A DNA stretch of 64,000 nt from NCBI RefSeq assembly GCF_009914755.1, contig NC_060927.1; one strand, given 5' to 3'. Below, in pieces: positions 12,047 through 26,077 of this stretch; within the stretch, counting starts at the first letter, position 1; every line of letters begins with the position of its first letter. The notes under the pieces were generated by a model that had not been told where the DNA came from, did not search any database, and was given only the letters and a program-made list of their open reading frames with translations. The translations under genes and the position numbers were made by a program. This DNA is from the human T2T-CHM13v2.0 reference genome, Homo sapiens.

Positions 12047-12333
12047 ATAGGTTAATGGATGGTTCAAGGACAACAAACACGAATTTGTTAATTTAACCTC
12101 AGAATATTAGATGAAAGGGGTGTTTTGAAATTAAGAAAGAAATTTCTATAAGAGAAACAAAAAGAATACCATTTTATTTAAATTCCACAAGTAAATATAT
12201 GGAAAAGGCTATGCTAACAAGGCATAACACTTAAGGTAAACGATAAAGGGGTTCAAGACAGGTTTGGATAAATTAATGAGTGCAGATCAGTACCAGATTA
12301 ACAAAGAAAGGTGCTTAATCTTTACCTGTTAAT

Positions 12334-12550
12334 GAGAACAGATGGACACAGGGAGGGGAACATCATACACTGGGGCCTGTCGGAGGGTTGGGTGCCAGGG
12401 GAAGGATAGCATTAGGAGAAATACCTAATGTAAATGATAGGTTGATGGGTGTAGCAAACCACCATAACACTTGTATACCTATGTAACAAACCTGCACATT
12501 CTGCACATTTATCCCTGAACTTAAAGTATACTTAAAAATTTTTTTAAAAA
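12334..12550 (+). mobile_element. 5'-truncated L1PA 3' end
   Basis: GGACACAGGGAGGGGAACATC...GAACTTAAAGTATA. TSD ttacctgttaat at 12322-12333 and 12551-12562. Confidence 0.9.
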
Positions 12551-12903
12551 TTACCTGTTAATTTTTTCATTTGTATTTTATTTAGTTTAAATATTTAAGA
12601 AACATAAAAGTCTACACAGTGGCAACCTGCTGTCTCACATTTGTCCCACATCTGCACAGTCCCTGCCTCCCCAAATAGAAATTACTGATATGGGTTTCTT
12701 GTGTATTGTTTCAAAGATTTTTAAACATGCATATAAATAAGCAAATAGAATAACCTTTCTGAAGACAGGATGTTAGAACTGTTTTCTCCACTGTCATATC
12801 CCTGGTAGTTAGAATGGTCCCTGAGACACAGAAGGTATTCAGTAAATATATGTCAAATGGTTAAAAATATTTAACCCCACAATTTTAAACAATTAATATC
12901 ATC

Positions 12904-13306
12904 TGACATAGTTTGGATGTGTGTCCCTGCCTGAATCTCATATTCAAATGTAACCCCCAGTGTTGGAGGTGGACAAGGTGGGAGGTGATTGGATCATGGG
13001 GGTGGATTTGTAATGAATGGTTTAGCACCATCTTCCTTGGTATTGTCCTCTTGAGAGTGAGTGAGATCTAGTAATTTAAAACTGTGTAACACCCCTCTGT
13101 CCCTCTGCCTCCTTGCTCCTGCTTTTGCTGTGGAATGCACCTGCTCTCCTTTTGCCTTCTGCCATAACTGGAAGCTTTCTTAGGCCTCCTCAGAAGCGGA
13201 TGCCACTATGCTTCCTCTACAACCTGCAGAACCATGAGCCTCTTTACTTTATAAATTACCCAGTTTCAGGTATTTCTTTGTAGCAATGTTAGAACAGACT
13301 AATACA
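12904..13306 (+). mobile_element. MSTA/MSTB MaLR solo LTR (within old minus-strand L1M remnants)
   Basis: TGACATAGTTTGGATGTGTGTCCC...AGAACAGACTAATACA. Near-perfect TSD (t/g)catc. Confidence 0.85.
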
Positions 13307-14019
13307 GCATCCTATACACACTTGAGTGTGCGCATCTTGCTTTATTTACTTTACATTATATCCTTGAGATTGTTTTTTATTGATACATAATTTTATTTAT
13401 TCTTTTTTTTTAGAGCTGAGTTATATTCCATTGTATACGTACCACAACTTATTCAACCAATCCTTTATTCAGGGTTGCTTAGTTCATTCCCAGGTTTTTT
13501 TGCCATTACAAACATCACTGCAATGAATTTTCTTGTGTGATTTTTGTATTTGTAGGATAAAGTTTTCAGAAGTGCAACACTAGTTTTTAGGAAGTCATGC
13601 TATCCCACGAATGTCTCAGATAATGGTGACAGAATTCTTGATCAAATGGACCACTGATCTACCCAGTATGACACTGCGTATGTTCTTTCAGTGGTTATTG
13701 GGATTGGTAATGCCAGGAGTCTTTGGCCTGCTTTTTTAAAAATGCAGAGAGATTTTGCAGAATGAGAAATAGTGAGAAGCGATGGAAGCAGTGAAATTGA
13801 CACATAGATGCTCACAGTGATGCTGAATGATCAGAGCAGAATCAAATCTAAAATCCCAGCTCTTGTGTGGCCATGGCTTAGATCTCTAAGATGGCTGTTT
13901 TAACTGTGAAGTTTAGGTTTTAATTGCCATAGTATAATAATACATATCTGTGTTTTAGATATTTTTCTAAGAACATTTGAGTACCCAGGCCTACGCATAA
14001 TGGCTTCTTTGCCAATCTC

Positions 14020-14410
14020 CCTTTATCACGGACTTTCATTTTCATCATAGCCTTAGGGCTTTGATCTTATTACTTTTGGTCAGACTCTGATACTGGGGAC
14101 ATCAGGCTGAAATGACAGCACCCCACGTGGTTTATCTCAGCGTTGTTCCTTACGGGGGAGGGCAAAGCCGAATCAGACATGGGCGATGGTGCTAAAAGGA
14201 AACAGTCTCCAATTCCTGAACCCAGACACACAGGGCTCTGCTTCTTCTCACTGCCTATTTCCATCTGAAACGTGAAGCTAATGATACATGCTCCACACCC
14301 TTTGCGGTTGTGGTGGTGAATATTAATTAGATAAGCTTCAAAATGCAGTTTGAGCCTTCAGGCCCGAGGTCCTTGATAAAAATTGGGTTATAGAATTAGT
14401 GAGATAAAGG
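14020..14410. promoter_or_regulatory. Candidate haematopoietic enhancer (GATA/RUNX/KLF/E-box cluster)
   Basis: Five WGATAA sites, CACGTG, CCACACCC and adjacent TGCGGT+TGTGGT within 390 bp of mostly non-repetitive sequence. Motif evidence only. Confidence 0.4.
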
Positions 14411-17400
14411 AGCACATTCAAACCATGACCATTTTTCATTAAAGACTACCTTGACAACTTCTTTAAGCCTCTAACTCCAATACAATACCTAGGAACTTTC
14501 ACTACAGTGCAAATGTATTTGTAATAATCTGCTTTATCTTCTTATGTACTAACTGCCAAAGACAGTGGGTAGTTTATCCATTTAGCAGATATGTTTTAAA
14601 TGTTCACCTAATTCTGATGGAGTCATTGGTCTCAGAGAGTGCCTTGGGCTGCCGGCAAGGAAGTCTGCTTTTCTCTGGCTCCACCTCAAACATCTGAATG
14701 GCCTTGAGCACTTTACCTGAGCCTCGGTTTCCTTTTCAGTATATCAAGGTAGTCATAACTTCTGCCCCAAGCATCTTTGTGGATGAATGGGAAATTCCAA
14801 TGAGAATGGATGTACAAGGTTGCTCAGCAGAATAAGGTCCATTAAAGATTAATATTACTATGAGCATCTACACAGGTTACTTTTCAAGTTGAAAAGAAAA
14901 CTGAGATGTTGGGAAACAAGCCCAGTATACTCTAGGCAAGGGCTTCCTATCAACTGAACCACAGACCAGTAACATATCTAAATTTTCTACTGTAATATAG
15001 CAAAATCATGTAGGCCTATTATACATGCATAAAATGTGTATAAAAGATATATATAAAATATGCACATATGGATATAAAATATAGGGATAATAGTTCAGTA
15101 ATAACAACAACAAAAATCTTTTCAGTCAGTGCACATTGAACTGGCCTCTGCGGGGACTGGCTTTCTGTGCCCTGGCAGAGTTAGGAGATGTCAAACCCAG
15201 AGCCTTGCCAGCATGCATTGCATCCTTCAGGGTAGTCCTGTGGCCTTTGGTTGGTCTTGGGAGCCTAGTACAGAGTTTTATTATGAGAGCTCTAGGGACT
15301 CAATGAGAGGAAAACCACCTGTTGATCTTTTATTTTTCCCCCTGAAAGTGGATGGCTACATGGAAGCTGGTGGTGCTGGTAGCTAAGGTGATGATTAGAG
15401 TCCAGCAGGCAGCGGGGAGAAATGGAATCTCTAGATTCCATTTGAATGCCACCTGGGCTAAGTAGATAATGCAGAAGAGTAAAGCAGGTGAGATAAGAAT
15501 TCTTATAATCCAGGGTCATTATATTTAGTGTTCAGAACTGCTACTGATGGTCTCATTTCAGGAAGAGAGTAGGGAGTGGTGAGGACTGAGGTACAATGGA
15601 GAGCAGTGTTCTGCTTGAACTGATTGTCACAGGTGGGAATGCAGGCTTTGCATTGTAGCATCTTTTGTTTTTTAGGATATCTTCAATCTGGATTTTTATG
15701 TGAAAGTCTTTTTTGAATGTTGGTGTGTGTATACACATACTCATACCTTTACAACCACAGATCATGAAATGAGGCAAACTGGAGTGGTCTCCTTGGGGAC
15801 CCTTGGGTCCTCTGGTGGTTGGTGGGGAGAGGGTGGTACCAGGCCAGGAGTGGGAGATGTGATTTTAGCTTAGCACTGCAGCAACATGATCCTGAGTTCC
15901 TACTTCCCCTGCTCTCCTGGAGCTCAGCCCAACCTCCAGGGTGGAAGCAGAGAGGCTTCTGGGCCCAGATGTAAAAATGTGTCACCTTCCTAGGGACTGG
16001 CAGCTGAGGAACACTGCTTTAGAACTGTTTTAGATTTCCCATTTGGTGTGTCCAGTATCACGGGTCCTCTTGGCCATAGGGAGTTAACATGTGGATAATG
16101 GAATTATGCTTTGGAAGCCATGTGAGTTTCTAAGATAGACTATATGAGCTGTATTACAGGAAAGGTGGGTCCATGAAGCGGAACTAATGGTGACTCCAGT
16201 AAACATAAACACCAGCTACTTCTGATAAGGGGGAGGGTAACAGGCCAATGATTATCACCTTTGCACTTGTAAAATGCAGTGCTGGGGTGTAATAGCTAAG
16301 CAACAGACATCTTACCACATGATTCTGGGGAACTGGCTTGCTCCAGGATTGGAAGGATAAGCAGTATTAAATGATTCATTATCTTGCTTATTTCCACTTC
16401 TTGGAATGTCCCAAATGGTAAGCAATGGGCGGGAAAGTGTTGGCCAGGGCACAGACTACAACTATGAATTTGGAGAAGGCACTTCTGCTCAGCCGATTAT
16501 TTCAATTTTCTCACCCATAAAAGGGTATAGCCAAAGAGCACCTTCTCAATACACTGTGAAAGCTGATTTGAAAACCAAAGACTTGCTTCTTTTTTTCTCT
16601 CTCACTGTTAAGCCTGTATGTAGAAATCAGTCACACCCAGTTTAATCAGACTTGTTTCTGTTTTGATGATAAGAGCAAAGGACTAATAAACGAAGGCACG
16701 TTAACCCCTGGGAAGGGGAGAGTGGGCAGTGATGCTGGGGTGGTGAGAATTAATACACATTTGATTGAGAACCAAATAGATGCAGACACCTACATTATCC
16801 CACTGAATTCTCACAACTTCCCCCCGAGGGAGGCATCATTACCTTCATTTTCCAGAGAGGGCAGTTTTCTTTTTGAAGGTTTGTTCCAGTTACAGATCAA
16901 AACTAAAAATAAATGGGATACACAGGAAATGAGGGAAGAAGAGAGAGGAAACGTTGGAAGCTACATTCTTCTCTGTTGCCTTTAACTTCTCTGATGAATC
17001 TTCCTTAGTTTCCTTCCTCTGATCAGTCCTTAAGGGGAAGCATTTCCAAGCCTTGGTCCTTTTCTCAGCCTCTATTGCTGACCGATCTTATGCACTCTGG
17101 GATTGAAGCACAGCTTCCAGGTAGATGATTTCCATTTCTAGCTCTGATTCTACCCCAAGTGCCAGAACCGTGCCAGCCTGGCCCCCTCCCGGAAGGCTAC
17201 CTGAACACATAAATGAGCGGGCTTAATTGTTCATGAGCAACCGGTGTTGTCAGGCAAGTCCCTCTGGCCTCTTCAGAATCCCAGTAAGTTTAAGACTAAA
17301 TAGCATCTGCTGAAATTAAAATGTCATGAACATGACTGAAGGGGGCGCCTCTGGATCAGCACGCCTTTTGTAAAGCTTGTAGGCTGCTGAATGGTTTCTG

Positions 17401-19309
17401 AGAGCCACATAGAGTTTTCTGATGTCTCAGACTTCTTGGATCCCTTCCAAAAGTAGGGGGAATCTCACTCAGTATCCTTACCCACTTGCTATTTCCCTAC
17501 CAGCCTCAGGCGCTAGGAAGACCATATCTTCCTCTCATTCTCTACGACCTGGCATTACTCAAAGTTTAGTATTTGATATCCTACCAGCTCTTCTGCCCTG
17601 ATCCCTGGTTTGCTTACCCCAGATTGAAACTCTAGGACTGCCACTTCCTCATTCCTAACTAGATGAAATCATGGCATCCCTGGACAGACTTGGTTTTTGC
17701 CCTGCTGCCTCCTCCGAAGGAATGGAAGCTTGGCCATTGCTTCACATTTCGTTATAGTTTCTGGTCCAGTTGCCCCACCATTGCCTATTATAAGATATTC
17801 CCTTACCAAATATTGTCTGATGCTATTTGCAGCTGACTCATTGAGCATATCCATCTGGACGTTTCCAATATGCTTCAAATTCAACAAAATTCAAATCTAG
17901 TAGGGTCTCCTTCTTGACCCCGAATCAGGATCTTTTCCTGTTTGCATTATGTAAGAAGGGTCAGTGGCAGTAGGCACAGAATAGTGTAGTAGTCATCCAT
18001 AGCTTCCGAAACTTCTTTGCTGTTTTTCCTCTGATACCGCTCTGAAAAGTCATGACTGGAGTCCTCTCTCCCTCCCCTCACCAGATCCCTCTGCCCTTTT
18101 CATGTGGGAGAAATTTCTAGCTTTGCTACTGACTAGGTGACTTTGGTCAATTTTTTCTTCAAGCTATTGATTTAATACACATATAAAGTTCCCTGCAAAA
18201 TAGTAGCTGCTCAATAAAGGGTATTTACAATTTAAAAAATTTTACATGTTAACCATCTTGACTTACTATTGTCCTCATGTATCATGTATCATTACATTTC
18301 TCAGATTGAAGGTTTTATGGCATAATGGGTTCATATAAAGTCCACTATTATGTGGCCTTGGGCATGTTACTTATCTTCTCTGGATCTCAGTTTTATATCA
18401 GTAGAATGGAAATTATGCCTCCCTCAACTGCAAAATAAAAGGTGATCATATAGGTAGGATGCTCAGCACAGTGCCTGACACACATAGTGATAATAAATGA
18501 TCATCAGTACTATCCCAGTGCCTTTGCTCATGTTAGTTCCTCTTTCTGCTGCTTCTCTTTTCCATTTTGAAAAATTCTAAAAGACCTGGCTCAACATATT
18601 TTCTCAACTGTGCTCCACTGTGCATAGTTTTGTTATCATATTTTATTATTTTATGCCTATTTGCTTTGCCCACTTTTCCTGCTTGACTCCTTAGCCTAGC
18701 ATTCAAAACCCTCCACTTTGTTCTTCTTTTTCCCCCAGTGGTCTTCTAATTCTTTCCCTCCACCACCTGATCCCTTGATGCCCTTCCAGACCTCAGAACG
18801 TTGTGTCTTTTTCTCTGCCCAGAATGGTCCTTCCCATTTTTCTCTGCTACCAGGATCTTACTCATCCTTTAAGGACCAACTCTATTAATTCTTTCTTTAC
18901 TCCATGTTAGAATTCCTTCTTCACCCCCATTTCAATAATACTGTGTTTATATCTCTATTATTAAACTCACCATTATAACATTTTAATTATGTACACAAAT
19001 ATTTCCCATTAGACTATGAGTGTGTGGAGGGAGGGATTGTGCCTTGTTCATTTTTGTTTCCCTCAGTACCCATTACTGTGTTCGAAATATAGTGGGTAGC
19101 CATCAAATGTTTGTTGTATTTGCATGACATGGATATACCATGTCACATCTGCCTAAACCAAGAGGCCAGAAATGTGATTAAAAGTGACACTTCTGGGTCC
19201 ACAGCCCCCTCTGTAATGCTTGTAGGCCACTGAATGTTTTCCAAGTTCCAAATGAAAAGATGGTCTAAAATTTATCACAATCTCTATTTGAAATAAAATA
19301 TCTAGTCAC

Positions 19310-19640
<331 letters not shown>

Positions 19641-20288
19641 TCATGAACATAAGTATAGGCTAACACTTAATGACTAATGAAATCCAGGAAGCATAAGAGA
19701 AATTGGGTCACATACAAGGTAAATAGGTCAGTAAAACAAAGAAAAAACTAATAAACTCTGGCTATGATATCTAGTCCCTGGGTATTAGGTAGAATCCTTA
19801 TTGAAATTTATGGTTGTGGAAAACTGGCCAGTTTCATTTTCAGCATGGTTGGGTCAGGGACATTTCCTCTTATCAATAGGAAGCTGCTATACAATTAAAT
19901 GGATCAATGATGCAGTGAGCTGAACTAGTCTTTTTATGGTCATATAATGGGACTAGTGTGCATTCTACATTGTTTCAGTTGTACAAACATGATATTTGAA
20001 TCTATCTTATAGGAAGATGCTTGGGCTGCTTTAGCCTATTGATTTGAGGAACAGTAAAAGGAACTGGTGATAGGAAGGCAGTAAAGTAATATCAATAAAA
20101 TTGTGCAGGGGATTCACATTTGACACACTGAATAGCTTTATGTAGACTTAATGATTTTTTAGAACAATTTACAAATCTGCCCTAATTCAATTAGTACTAT
20201 AATAATCTACCTTAAAATATGGTGGGGCATTCTGTTACGTATTTACTGCGTCTGGTTCTGGTCTGTGGAACATTATAACACTTGTTAT

Positions 20289-20500
20289 CAGTGGTATGCT
20301 GGTAAACTGGCTCTATGTTTTGTTTTGCTTTTTAAAGCCTTGATTTCTAGTGTTTTCCTATTTCCATGATATAAATACAGTACTCTCGTAAGGGGCTGGT
20401 TTTAAAATACCAAAAGTTTAACACCCAGCTTTTGAGGTTTCTGAATATGTGACAGTTTGCTTTTTGGAGATGGTTAAGAGTGGCCTCCAGCACACCACTG
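20289..20500. mobile_element. MER63-family hAT-Blackjack element
   Basis: TIRs CAGTGGTATGCTGG ... CCAGCACACCACTG, about 210 bp. Confidence 0.75.
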
Positions 20501-20664
20501 AAAGCTATTGTAAATAATAAAGATAGTCTGCTAACAATTTAAAATCCTGAAAGTTTAGGACTAAAAGCACTCAGAATATTGTAGTCCTACCCCTAACTTT
20601 GTAGGAAAAAAAGATTAAACTGAAAAATAGTGACGTCCTAAAAGTCATGCAGAAAGTTACTAGC

Positions 20665-21470
20665 TATGATATTGTGATGTAAGAAATATTTGGTCTTTGT
20701 TCCAGGTTGCTGGTACAAAACTCCTAAAACCCTTGTAATTTCCTGAGTGATAGGGATTAAAGGAGCATCAGCTGTTATTCATAATAAGCCCCTTTCAAGC
20801 ATACTTGAGTTCAGGCTGATGAGGTATCTCTTGGAGGATAGCGGGTTGAAGAACCATGTGATTAGACAGTAGGAACTTCTACCCTACCCTCTGACCTCTG
20901 GGGAGAGCTGAGGGCCTGGAGATTGAGTTCAATCATCAAAGGCCAATAATTTAATCAATCATCCCTATGTCATGGATCCTCCGCAAAAGCTAAAGGGGTT
21001 CAGAGAGCTTTCAGGATGGTGAACACATGGAAGTGCTGGGACAGTGGCATGGAAACTCCATATCCCTTCTAATACCTTCCCCCATGTCCCTCTCATCTGG
21101 CTCTTCATTTGTATCATATAAACTGTCAAATACAGGTGAAGTGTTTTCCTGAGTTCTATGAGCTGTTACAGCAAATGCTCAAATCTGAGGAGGTCATGGG
21201 AATCCCCAGCTTACAGCCAGTTGTTCAGAAGTGTAGGAGGCCTTGACTTGTGATTGGCATCTAAAGTGGGAGCAGTCTTGCAGGATTGAGCTCTTAATCA
21301 GTCAGGTCTGTGCTAACACTGGATGTTTAGTATCAGAAATGAATTGAATTGTTGGACACTCAGCTGGCGTTCAAAGAGCTGGAGAATTAGTTGTTGGTGT
21401 GAAAAAACGCACACATTTGGTGTCAGAAGTGCTGTGAGTACAAAAAATGTGTTTCTTTTTTTTTCCTTTT
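20665..21470 (+). mobile_element. MER21B/C-type LTR
   Basis: TGATATTGTGATGTAAGAAATATTTGGTC, CTCCTAAAACCCTTG.AATTTCCTGAGTGATAGG, and ACACATTTGGTGTCAGAAGTG near the end. Confidence 0.8.
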
Positions 21471-22511
21471 ACTAGCAAATTTGGGATTGGAATCAAGGTG
21501 TCTGGATTCCCAGTGTATTCTATACACAAATCTTCACATAGGGAGGATAAAAGTCACTGGGCATGAATGAAAACATGACTGTATAATCTTGACTTGAAAT
21601 ATGGGACAAGGTAGGTGACAGGAGCTATAGTCATGAAGCTCTCACAGGGCTGCTCCAAACTACACTGAAAACCATTTAGGAAACCATGAAATTGGTTACC
21701 TTGCTCTTTGGTTTTCTGATTTTTTTTAAGTGATAGTTTTTAATATCAATATGTCTTAAAGTCCAGTGTGTATTAAGTCATCTAGGTTATTTATTAAAAA
21801 TCTCCAAGGCAGGGCTAATATTAAGGCAATCCACAGGCCACACTGAGAATCACTAGTTTAGATCCTATTTAAAGACCCCTTCTGAGCTAAGATGCTTTGT
21901 TTACACACAGCCAGGGAAAAATTCTAGATTGGTGGCTCCCTAAAGTGCTTCCTAAATAAGCTGCATCAAAGGCACATGAGCAGCTTTTTAAAATTTCTGA
22001 CCCCACCCCCCTCATTCCTACCCAAGCCGACTAAATAAAAATTGAGGGGAAGGGAGCTGAGAAATTGTATTTGAGGGACTTGAGCATACATGCATTTCAG
22101 TATCCTCCGGGGGTCCTGGAACCAATCTCCCAAGGACACTGAGAGGTGACTGTATATATTTGTAAAAAATAATGGGACATTTGCTGATTGCAGATTCACA
22201 GTGTAGACAGGAAATTGTGAAGAAAATGAAACAATTCTCAAATTTCCCTGATTACACAAATTTTGTTTTTGCATAAAACTCATGGGAAGTGCTGACCTAG
22301 ATAAATTAGAGGGCAGTAGAAAAATACTTCCTTAGAATTGTCAAAAAATTGTTTTACTTGTCCAGCAAACCAATGACTATAAAATTATTAAAGTTGCATC
22401 CAATGGACCACAGAATTTTGAGAGTGAAATACTATTTCAACAAATTGATTAGCTATTTGATTCAGAGAGAGACTGACTTCCATATAGAGCGCATAATCTT
22501 TAAGAACTATC

Positions 22512-23237
22512 ATTTTTAAACTATTATTTTGAAATAATTTCAGATTATAGAAAAGTTTTAAAAAGTACAATTGAGTTCAGTATTTCCTGCTCCCACATTC
22601 CCAAAATGTTAGCAATTTCCTACATTTTTTTCACTATCCTCTCTGTATATGTATGAATATACAAACACACATACCTTTTTTTTTCCTGAACCATTTGAGA
22701 GTAAGTTGGTGACAGGGTGCCTCTTTAGAATCAAATACATGTGTGTATTGTTAAAAGTATATTATCTTATGTACAGCATAAATATCAAGAAATTAACATT
22801 AATACTATTATCCAATCCACAGGTCTTCAAAATTTTCCTGTTGCACCAATAATATCCTTTATAACAGGGGTCCCCAACTCCTGAGGCCATGGACCAGTCC
22901 CAGTCCCATTCCCAGTCCCTGGCCTGTTAGGAATTGGACCACACAGCAGGAGGTGAGCAGCGGGCCAGTGAGCAATACCGCCTGAGCTCTTCCTCCTGTC
23001 AGATCAGCAGCATTAGATGATTAGATTCTCATAGGACCGGGAACCTTATTGTGAACTGCACATGCGAGGAATCCAGCTTGCGTGCTCCTTATGAGAATCT
23101 GACTAATGCCTGATGATCTAAGGTGGAACAGTTTCATCCCAGAATCATCCCCGCCCCCTTGCCCCTGGTCAGTGGAAAAATGGTCTTGCACAACAGGGGT
23201 CCCTGGTGCCAAAAAAGTTGGGGATGACTGCTTATAT

Positions 23238-23271
<34 letters not shown>

Positions 23272-24320
23272 CGCGCACATATATATGCTATATATTATAT
23301 ATATACACATATGCAGACACACTAAAAATATTCATATTTTTTCCTTTCCTGGCCCAGGGTCCAATCTGGAATCTCCTGTTGCATCTAGCTGTCTTATCTC
23401 TTTAGTCTCCTTTGCTCTGGAACTGTTCCTTAGAACTTTTCATGACATTATTTTTGAGGAATATAGGCTATTTTATACAAATCCCTCAGTTTGGATTCAT
23501 CTGATATTTCATGAGTAGATTCAGGTTATGCATTTTCAGCAGGAACCATGTAAGTGTGTGCTCTTCTCAGCAGGCCTATGGTCTCTATTTGTCCCATTAC
23601 TAGTGGTGTTAACTATTATCACCTAAAGTGGTATCTACCAGGTTTCTATACTGTAAACAACTTTTTCCTTGTAAAATGTCTTACATAATTCAAGACTATG
23701 TAAATATCCTGTTTCTATCAAACTTTCACCTACCAATTTTAGCATCCACTGATGAGTCTTGCCCAAACAATTACTACCATGGTAGATGCCATGTGGTGAT
23801 TTTCTAAATCCAGCATTCCTTTTACATGAGCAGGAAGACCTTTCTCACCTCTCCATTTATTCTTTCATTCATTTATATCTGTGTGGACTTGTGGTTTCTT
23901 ATTCCATGTGTTATTATTTATTACTATGACGATTGACTTTGATGCTCAAATTGTTCCAGATTGGCAGATGGTAAACCCTCAATCTGCTGTGTCCTTTAGA
24001 TACTTCCCATCATTATTTAAGTACTTCCTTTCTGGCAAAGCAAGTATTTTAGACTCACCTTGTGCTTTTCCTGTTGCAGCCCAGGAATCAGAAATCTAAG
24101 ACTTCCTTTTTTTTTTAAAGAAGAGAATTTAGACATCAAGATCTGAGTGCCCACAGTTGTAATTGGGCTGTCACTGCTACTAGGCTCTATCAGAGGACAC
24201 AACTAGGAAATATGTGTGTGTGTATTACTACATGTTAAATATTTCTATATTTCTATTAATCTATACTTTTAAAAACCCATGAGTTCATACTGATGCTTCT
24301 AATTCTAATCCAATACCATA
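22512..24320 (-). mobile_element. Old L1MC-type 3' region, interrupted by MER1B and a (TA)n(TG)n repeat
   Basis: TTATTTTGAAATAATTTCAGATT.TAGAAAAGTT, TTCCTGAACCATTTGAGAGTAAGTTG and TTTGATGCTCAAATTGTTCCAGATTGGC motifs. Confidence 0.7.
22865..23230 (+). mobile_element. MER1B (hAT-Charlie)
   Basis: TIRs CAGGGGTCCCCAAC ... GTTGGGGATGACTG. Internal GCCTGTTAGGAA and CCTTATGAGAATCT. Confidence 0.88.
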
Positions 24321-24444
24321 GGAAAAGAACCCATTGTTTTTAATCGCTATCTTGAAACTATACCAAGCACACAGGCTTAATGTCATTAAACTCTTCATGC
24401 TATAGAATGGGAGCTAGAAGGTATCCTGGATCCACACAGTGCCA

Positions 24445-24700
24445 GTCATCTACTCATCCATTTACTAACTCAATACATTTACTAGACACTTTCTATGTGC
24501 TGGGCACCTGGCAAGGAATACGGAAATAAAAGACTTTGTCCTATCCTAAAGTAGCTCAATTCATTAGGTAGGATGGAAGAAAATAACAATATAGTATAAT
24601 AAGCTCTTTATTCAAGGTATGCACAGTGTTCTATAGGAAGAGAGGAGGAGCACAGAACCCAAGCTGAGTTAACTGGAATATTTCAGAGAAGGAAGTAAAA
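24445..24700 (-). mobile_element. L2 3' fragment
   Basis: CATTTACTAGACACTTTCTATGTGCTGGGCAC...GACTTTGTCCTATCCTAAAGTAGCTCA is the typical reverse L2 3' end. Confidence 0.65.
24607..24612 (-). terminator. Distal poly(A) signal AATAAA of IFT57 (inside an L2 remnant)
   Basis: TTTATT on + strand about 1.65 kb past the stop codon. Confidence 0.5.
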
Positions 24701-26071
24701 ATAGGTGGCTTATACTACTCATTGCAAGAATTTTTAGATTTTTTACATGTCTGCATAAATAATGGGTGTACTTTGCTTCTGATTGAAATGCATTTTAAGG
24801 AGAGTTCTGATTTATCTAAAAGCGTTCTCTGCATTGATTGAATTCATCAAAAAACTACTCAGCCATGACAACAGCCATGAAAATAAATTCCCAGGACCAA
24901 AGGTTTTCAGTTTTTGTACTAGACTCCTCCCAAAGACCACACAGGAAAAGAGCAACTTCAGATTTTAAAAAATGCTTATTTTCCCATGGTGGGTTTTCTG
25001 CCTTTTTTTTTTTAAACAAATTAAATAAACTGGCATATTTGTCATTGTATTGATTGTCATCCTTTCAGGTAGTTTACATACACTTTCTCCTGTCTAAACT
25101 TATCTTAAACTAAAGAGAGGTCTAGTAAGGAAAGGGAAAGATCTGTGTATGTGAGCATGTTGGGGAATACATCTAGAAAGAAAAAGCTAAGAAAAAAATA
25201 ATAATATTCAGTGGAGAAAAGTATTAGGGTAAAAAATAACTTTTTAAAATTATTTTTGTTGTCCTAAACATAAAGCATTCTTATCAAATTTTCTACCACT
25301 GCTTTTGAAAATTATTAAAAAAAAAAATTAACGCAGGCTGTCTCCTGCTTTGTGTTCCCCTGGCCAGTTTTCCCCAGTGCTAATTCTGGCACTCTAATGC
25401 TGCTTTTTTCACCAATTTAGAAATCCTAGCCTAGAAAGTTGCTCAGGAAGATGCATAAGTAAAGATCATCAGTACTAGAGGCTGATCTTCATGCGACCTG
25501 TCATCGTTCCTTCTTCTACAAAATGGTTCCCTAGTATAGCCGATACCACAGAAAAAGGTAGAAATTGAGACATGCATATGCACCTTCTCTTCATTCTAAG
25601 AACAGAGTCAAACATGAGTGACTGACTTATCATCATTCATTTATCCTTTTATTTAGTGGCTTAGATCCTAGAAGATAGATTCCCTATAAAATCATTTTAG
25701 CCACGAAATATTCATAAGAAACCAACTTCAAATGTTAATGAGGATACTGAAGTTTTTTTTAACCTAAAAAAAGTGGCAATTTTAGGTAACCATAAAGCTG
25801 AGGCAAAGGCAGTTTGGGTTCTTGGAAAGAATCCTGCCTACCATCTTCAGTGGCCTCTGGGCACAAAGCACTTATGATCACTGCAGAGGTGGAGCAAGGT
25901 AAAGGACTGTGTCAGCAGTTCATGTTGTGACAGCAGCAGCATCTGCAGAAAACGCAGGTCATATACCTTGGCTTACACAAGGAATGCTATGAAAAATGAG
26001 CCACCAGGTGGGAGCTTTAACATAGGTAATGATTAGTGAAAGCTTCTTAGAAAGTGAGAATTTGTAATTTC

Positions 26072-26077
26072 TTTATT
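26072..26077 (-). terminator. Proximal poly(A) signal AATAAA of IFT57
   Basis: TTTATT on + strand about 180 nt past the stop codon, with U-rich sequence downstream on the minus strand. Confidence 0.65.
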
